Source: Macrostomum lignano (taxonomy: Eukaryota). From it: a stretch of DNA of 64,000 bases. Within the stretch, counting starts at the first letter, position 1. The number at the start of each line of letters is the position of its first letter. The notes below the pieces were generated by a model, which saw only the letters and a program-made list of their open reading frames with translations, was not told the DNA's origin and made no database searches. Below, one piece after another: positions 58,890 to 64,000 of the stretch. The translations under genes and the position numbers were made by a program. The stretch covers positions 190,134-254,133 of the forward strand of contig NIVC01001660.1 in NCBI GenBank assembly GCA_002269645.1, written 5' to 3'.

Positions 58890-61800
58890 CTAATCTCCAG
58901 TGCCCGAACGGTAGACTGTTAATGTATTGTCATCAAAAATGAATCTCTTGTTATCTGCACCTGACAGTCCAATCTTCTTTTGCTGAATTGTGTGAATAAT
59001 ATGGTTTTTAGATTGTAGCTTTGAGAACTCATGTGATGTCTTTTTGTTGCAATTCAAGGCGTCTCTGTATTCAGCTTCATTAATTTCCTTCCTAACCACA
59101 CGTTTCGGAATTCCCTTTGATTTTTTAATTGGGTCTGACGACTCACATTTTACAAAATAGGACTTTGCTCTCAACCCAATGAATTCAGTGATTATGTCAC
59201 CAGCAATCTCGTCCTTCATTTTCCCAATCACTTTCTTGTTAGTGGCGTCAAACACTTGATCGCCATTCTGTGTCCTGAAAGATTCATCATACTCAGACAA
59301 GTCAAACAAATCTTTTTGCTGCAGCATGTCCTGATAAATGTCTTCTGTTTGAATGTCCATAATAAAACTGTCTGTGTCAGTGTACAAGAGTTTCATTTTA
59401 TCCTTGTACTGCTGCTTCATGCCATAGAAGAACTGGTACATCAGACGTTTTGATTCGTCGAGAACAGTGACACCTGTATAGATCGGCTTGCGCAGCGTCA
59501 CCTTGGTTTTGTAAAATATGATCACACCTAAGTAGCTATTAAAGATATGGAGTTCTTTGAATGTTGGCTTTGACATATTTGCCTGAATAACAGCAGGCTC
59601 TGATGAGGTAACAAGTTTCAGGTTTGTTCTTTTCCGCTCATTCTCAAGAGTCTTGCCATAGACAGAGTTGTTGGCCAACTTAAAGAGGTTCTTGTCAAAG
59701 TCGTTGGTTGCTTTGGTCCTAAACTGGGTGTTCTTATCAATGTAGGGTTTCATCCACGCTTCCTCTGTAAATGTAAGAGCCCTGTGAACTTGGTGACCCT
59801 GCAACCAAGTGAGATAAAATACTGAAGCAGTTTGTAATGGATTTTGTAACGTGTCTTGTTGTTTAGATTCTGTGTTAGTTTCTCTGTATGTTCTTTTTCT
59901 GTTCCTGACAGGTGCCAAGTTCCATTATTATCATTGGGAGTTTCGATTATTTTCGGGCACTTGATGTTCTCTGGGAAGGGTGGAAAGTCAGAGAAATAGT
60001 CGTGAAGCTCTGGTGGAATGTAAACATCAACTTCATAAATGGCAGCCAATGAAAAGTCCTTTGAATTCTGATGAGGGTAGCCATCGAAAATCTCTAACTG
60101 GAAGATCTTGACTCATCGCCCACCCGTAGAGATTATTAGCGTCCAAGTAAGTAATGTAGTTTGAGGGCTGCTCCTTATTGTAAGATTCAATGTAGGGATT
60201 GTTTGCTTTTGCATATCTATGTGCAAATTGAGATTCCCCCTCGCTTTGACGATTCGACAAAATTGTACATGTCAATGTCTGTAAGAAGTTCAATGTACCA
60301 ATCTGGATCTTGATCCCATTTCATTTTAAGCAAAGATTCCCAGCTAGTGGCAGGCAGAGACACATAATGTGCTGGATCGAGGCCATATGCTGTGTACCAG
60401 GTGTATCTGAAGGTTTCAAACACATCGGCCAGCAGAAACACATCTGTGAAGAGGTAAAGCAGGTGATACTGGAAGAAGTTTTGACAATTAAAGTAATTAT
60501 AGACATGCTTCGCGTGCTCATAGTCTTTGTCAGAGATTCCAGAGTCTGTTAGCTTTGAAAAGAACTTCTCCTGTGGTGGTAAACCTTCTTCAAATACGTG
60601 ATACCCAGTAATATTTTCATAGGGGTAGAAGCCTTTGGTTCTCAGGAGTTTAAATGATTCATCACTGTTGTTAATTTTACTTGCAAACATCTTTGTATAT
60701 GTACATTGTTCATCTTTTAGATTCTTGCTTAGTTCGTCTAGACTGGCAGCTAGAAATTGATATGAATCCTTCAGTCTTATTTTACCTGTACCCGAATTAT
60801 CCTGTTTAATATCAACACACTTAAACTTCTCCTTGTTCTCTGCGATGCAATCAAGGTGTATGTCTGGAATCATGCCGATTTTTTCAACTATTAAATGCAT
60901 GTCATAGTTCTTTGCGTTGTGACAAAATATCGTTAGATCATGAATGTTCGATTTTAGCTTTAGATTACAGGTGTTATGCGCTGCACCTCTAAATTTCCCA
61001 GTAAAGTGGCAGTGGTCCCTAACGGTGGGGTTTTTAATATCAGTGCAAGTTAAATGTTTCCTGCAGATGTGGCAATGAGTTGCTGATAGGAAATTGCTTT
61101 CATCCTCCTCAGTCATCATTATTGGAACAGGTTGAAGGGTGCTAATCACTTTTGCAACTCTAACATTCTGGCAATAAACTGCTCCACACACTGCTCTCCA
61201 AAGAAATAATTATACTCAACAAGTCCTTTTGTATTAATAAAGGCATATGCTACTGAATTGGGGACATGTTTTTGAGTTTGGAGTTTGTTTTTGAGTTTCC
61301 GGCATGATTGAGCATTCGAAATCAGCATATACAACAAATGGGAGCTTCTCCATCTTGTGATAGTTCTTAAACCGGAGATACTTCTCTTCAGCTGAAGGAA
61401 GAGAGCAGTTGTGTCGGGTGATCCTCGCATGATAATTCATGCTCTTAGTTTTTCAAAGCGTTCAGGTCCACTGTAATGCTTAAGGCACAAGCGGCAGATG
61501 GCAACAGCCTCGTGATGATTATTCAACTGCTTGTGAATGAGTCTTGAAAGATCTTTAATCCAAACATAGTGAGCCTCCTCTAGTAAATTACCAATCACTA
61601 GAAGATCCACTTCAGTCCGCCTTTTCCCCTCAGGATCTAAAACGTCTTTGCTACATCTGACCGGTTGAACTTTCTCAGTTTTTTCACTCCACTCAAAGAC
61701 TGTGATTCTAATTTTGTTATTAAACACTTCTTCTAGCTTTGGGATCTGAGAGATCGCCAAGCCTCCTTTGTCAAACCTGATTCCCTTCTTTTCGCATTCG

Positions 61801-62700
61801 ATGAGATAGTAGTTGAAATAATTTTGATAATTTGAGGTTCTTTCGGGGTGGTGAGGGACACTATCATGAAGAAGTGCAGAAAGAACTGCCCATAGAGCAC
61901 AGCAATTGTCTTTATTTTTAACATTTATGCAAGCTTTTTTGCCGGCTAGCTTATGCGGGAGCTCTATATAAGAGGAGGCTTTAAGTGGGTCATATTTCAT
62001 GACCATGACAGTCGCTCTTTGAATCCCTCCCACGACCCATCCGGAACCTCTGGATGTAAACGCTTCAATTTTCTTAGTGACATCTTGAAGGAAAGGATCC
62101 AGTGTGTCTGTTGGGGTGAATGGCTTTGCCTTTGTTGTCATGTAATACTCGAGATGCTCAGTGGGTTTGCAGGCATATAAAACGCAATCTTGAATGATAT
62201 CTGTAGTTTAAAGGTCTTGCGTGTTTTGAGTGTGTGATCAACAACTGATTGGATGCTGTCTTTATAGTCGTAGATGTTTGCGGTGGTATCCTTAATTGGG
62301 ATTGTGTACTCTATGTAATGTTCTGTAAACTTCCTCTGTGCAAAATTAATCTCTTCAATGGCAAGCTCCGACTCTTTTAAATGGATTAATTGCTCTAATT
62401 TCTCTTGTTCCTGCTTATTTTGTGGGTACTTTGCTTTTTCACCAGTGAGAGTTTCGTATTTGTTAACTAAGTTGCGACTCCTCTCTTGGTGTTCCTTTGC
62501 AGGATTTTTTATAGGCGCATACTGGTTGGATTCTAATTGATTGATGATTTCCAACTGTTTTTCATAGCTTCCCAGGTGACCAGGGTCGGTGTTAAACTTT
62601 GTTTACATGCTTCTCTTAGTAAATTACTTTTGTCTTGAAATGAGACGCCTTTTGAAAAATATTTGTTGACTAAATCTTTTGCTGGATTAGCTTTTGGCAT
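58890..62700 (-). CDS. polB: Protein-primed family B DNA polymerase with N-terminal extension and endonuclease-VII-like Zn module, about 1270 codons, multiple frameshifts
   Basis: SGW, CINVKN.DN.C, YADFEC, VRDHCHFTGKFRGAAHNTCNL, HNAKNYDMHLI, KGFYPYE, YLDANNLYGWAM, KLANNSVYGKT and LYTDTDS in order across the ORF fragments. AAAAAAATG start at 62700. Confidence 0.93.
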
Positions 62701-62824
62701 TTTTTTCTATAAAATAAAAAAAAATTTTGAGGGTGACCACCCTGATAGAAAAGTTGAACTGTTTCTACATCCTATCAGTAGCGTTAGGTTTATGAAGCTG
62801 GATAAAGTGGGGTTTTAAACCTCA

Positions 62825-63265
62825 TCACATCCGCATTATTGTAAACCCAGCATTGTGCAGTGTCATGATGGCTTTGACAATGTCAGACTTGCTTACAGAA
62901 TTTTCATGCTCACAATCATCACGATCGGGGCAGCCCTCTCCTGCCTTAATTGTTATACCTTTGTCTCTTGCAATCTTTTGCAATTCTAGCTGGGCTCTAT
63001 CATTCCCAGCTTTAACAGCAGTTGCTACACCTCCAGCTACACCACCTGCGGCACTTACAGCGCCTGCAATGATGGGATAAGAGCTGCTAATGGTAGGATT
63101 CCTCCTGACTTTTCATCTGTGATGCTGTCTTTGCTCATTACACTGAACTATTTGCTGCGTGGGATCGATTTTTACTTTGGCACCTTTAATTGATATAAGA
63201 CCTGGTTTCTTTGATTCAATGATTTTATTGAGTTTATTGATGGTTCTGGTTTCAATCTTTGTCAT
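62825..63265 (-). CDS. pX (adenovirus mu-precursor)-like core protein, frameshifted
   Basis: The repaired reading KSGG-ILPLAALIPIIAGAVSAAGGVAGGVATAV closely parallels adenovirus pX GG-ILPLLIPLIAAAIGAVPGIA. Confidence 0.75.
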
Positions 63266-63281
63266 TTTTTATTTTAATATT

Positions 63282-64000
63282 TTAATTAATTTCTGTGTCA
63301 GCTGGTATCACTAGGAGTTCAGCTCTAGTGAATGACCGCGTGGGGGATTTAGGGTTAAAGGCCTGAGATAAAAAGTAATAGTCACCGGAGTCGGAGGTAA
63401 AATGTCTGTCTATTTTATGTACATCAAGGCTGAAGTATGGATCTGTAGCTCTTCTTTTGGTGTCCTTCTCTAGCTCTCCAGGTAGATATAAAAAGCGTAG
63501 AAACTCAGAGTTTGTCAGTATGTATGGTGATTCAACTCCTGGAAGCTTAGGGTAGTTCGAGGTGTGTTTTGTGTTGTGTGTGTTTGTGGGTTGTCGTGTT
63601 GTTGTCTGTTCTATGAGATGCCTTAAGTTCGACAGTGTCTTGTTTAATTGCATGGGACGGTTTCAATCCAGTCATGCGTGTGACTTCATTGTTCAGTTGC
63701 TCTATAACAGTGGGGAGTCTTCTGTCCACTTGGTATAGTACTGCCCCCACTCAGTTTGAGTTCTTCAGCTGTCTGCTTAGTGAATAGCCTCTTGGCTAGA
63801 GTTAGATTGAATCTTTCACAAAAGCCTGGTCTCTGTGCAAGTTTGTTCTGCCATAGCGAATCTCTGTGTTTCTTTTCCATAAGGATTTCACTCACCCATG
63901 AATTCCTTACCGGTCGGTCATAAAGATTTGGGGTATGTGAGCGGAGAGTTTTATAAATATCTTGCAGTGCGCTGGCAACAACCTCTGACTTCTTCGTCTT
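63282..64000 (-). CDS. Retroviral-type (rve, DDE) integrase, C-terminal two-thirds, frameshifted; start lies outside the window
   Basis: Remnants TD.GKEFMG, QAFVERFNLTLAKRLF, LNNEVTRMTGLKP and GELEKDTKRRATDP...RSFTRAELL. Confidence 0.88.

Larger units (their letters stand above)
50584..64000. mobile_element. Maverick/Polinton (adintovirus-like) endogenous dsDNA virus, continuing beyond the window
   Basis: Co-located pPolB, rve integrase, adenain protease, A32-like ATPase, double-jelly-roll capsid and penton. Confidence 0.95.

Overview
Eukaryotic (invertebrate-like) genomic DNA with spliceosomal introns; I recognised no rRNA, tRNA or CRISPR array. (1) 2.6-4.5 kb: a secreted EGF + D8C (uromodulin/VWDE-type) gene with a decayed inverted copy just downstream. 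(2) 15.4-33.3 kb: two tandem minus-strand very large inducible GTPase (VLIG/GVIN1-URGCP family) genes. Manual splicing shows that the first gene most likely begins with two small exons, missed by the ORF track, that encode a complete LIM domain. This gives a LIM-VLIG fusion of about 1848 aa. The two paralogues share a 134-aa identical GTPase tract within otherwise divergent proteins. (3) 29-44 kb: decayed Copia, RTE and Gypsy fragments, MITEs and ATCA/ATCT microsatellites. (4) 44.45-50.58 kb: a non-autonomous DNA transposon (80-bp TIRs, 8-bp TSD) plus a near-identical inverted partial copy, forming a 2.36-kb-arm foldback. (5) 50.6 kb to the window end: a Maverick/Polinton (adintovirus-like) endogenous virus encoding penton, major capsid, packaging ATPase, gasderminX-like protein, adenain protease, protein-primed PolB, pX-like protein and integrase. 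Many of its frameshifts are one-base shortfalls in base runs and I saw no in-frame nonsense codons, so it may be intact in vivo. Splice models, the LIM fusion and protease-site predictions are inferences from sequence only.
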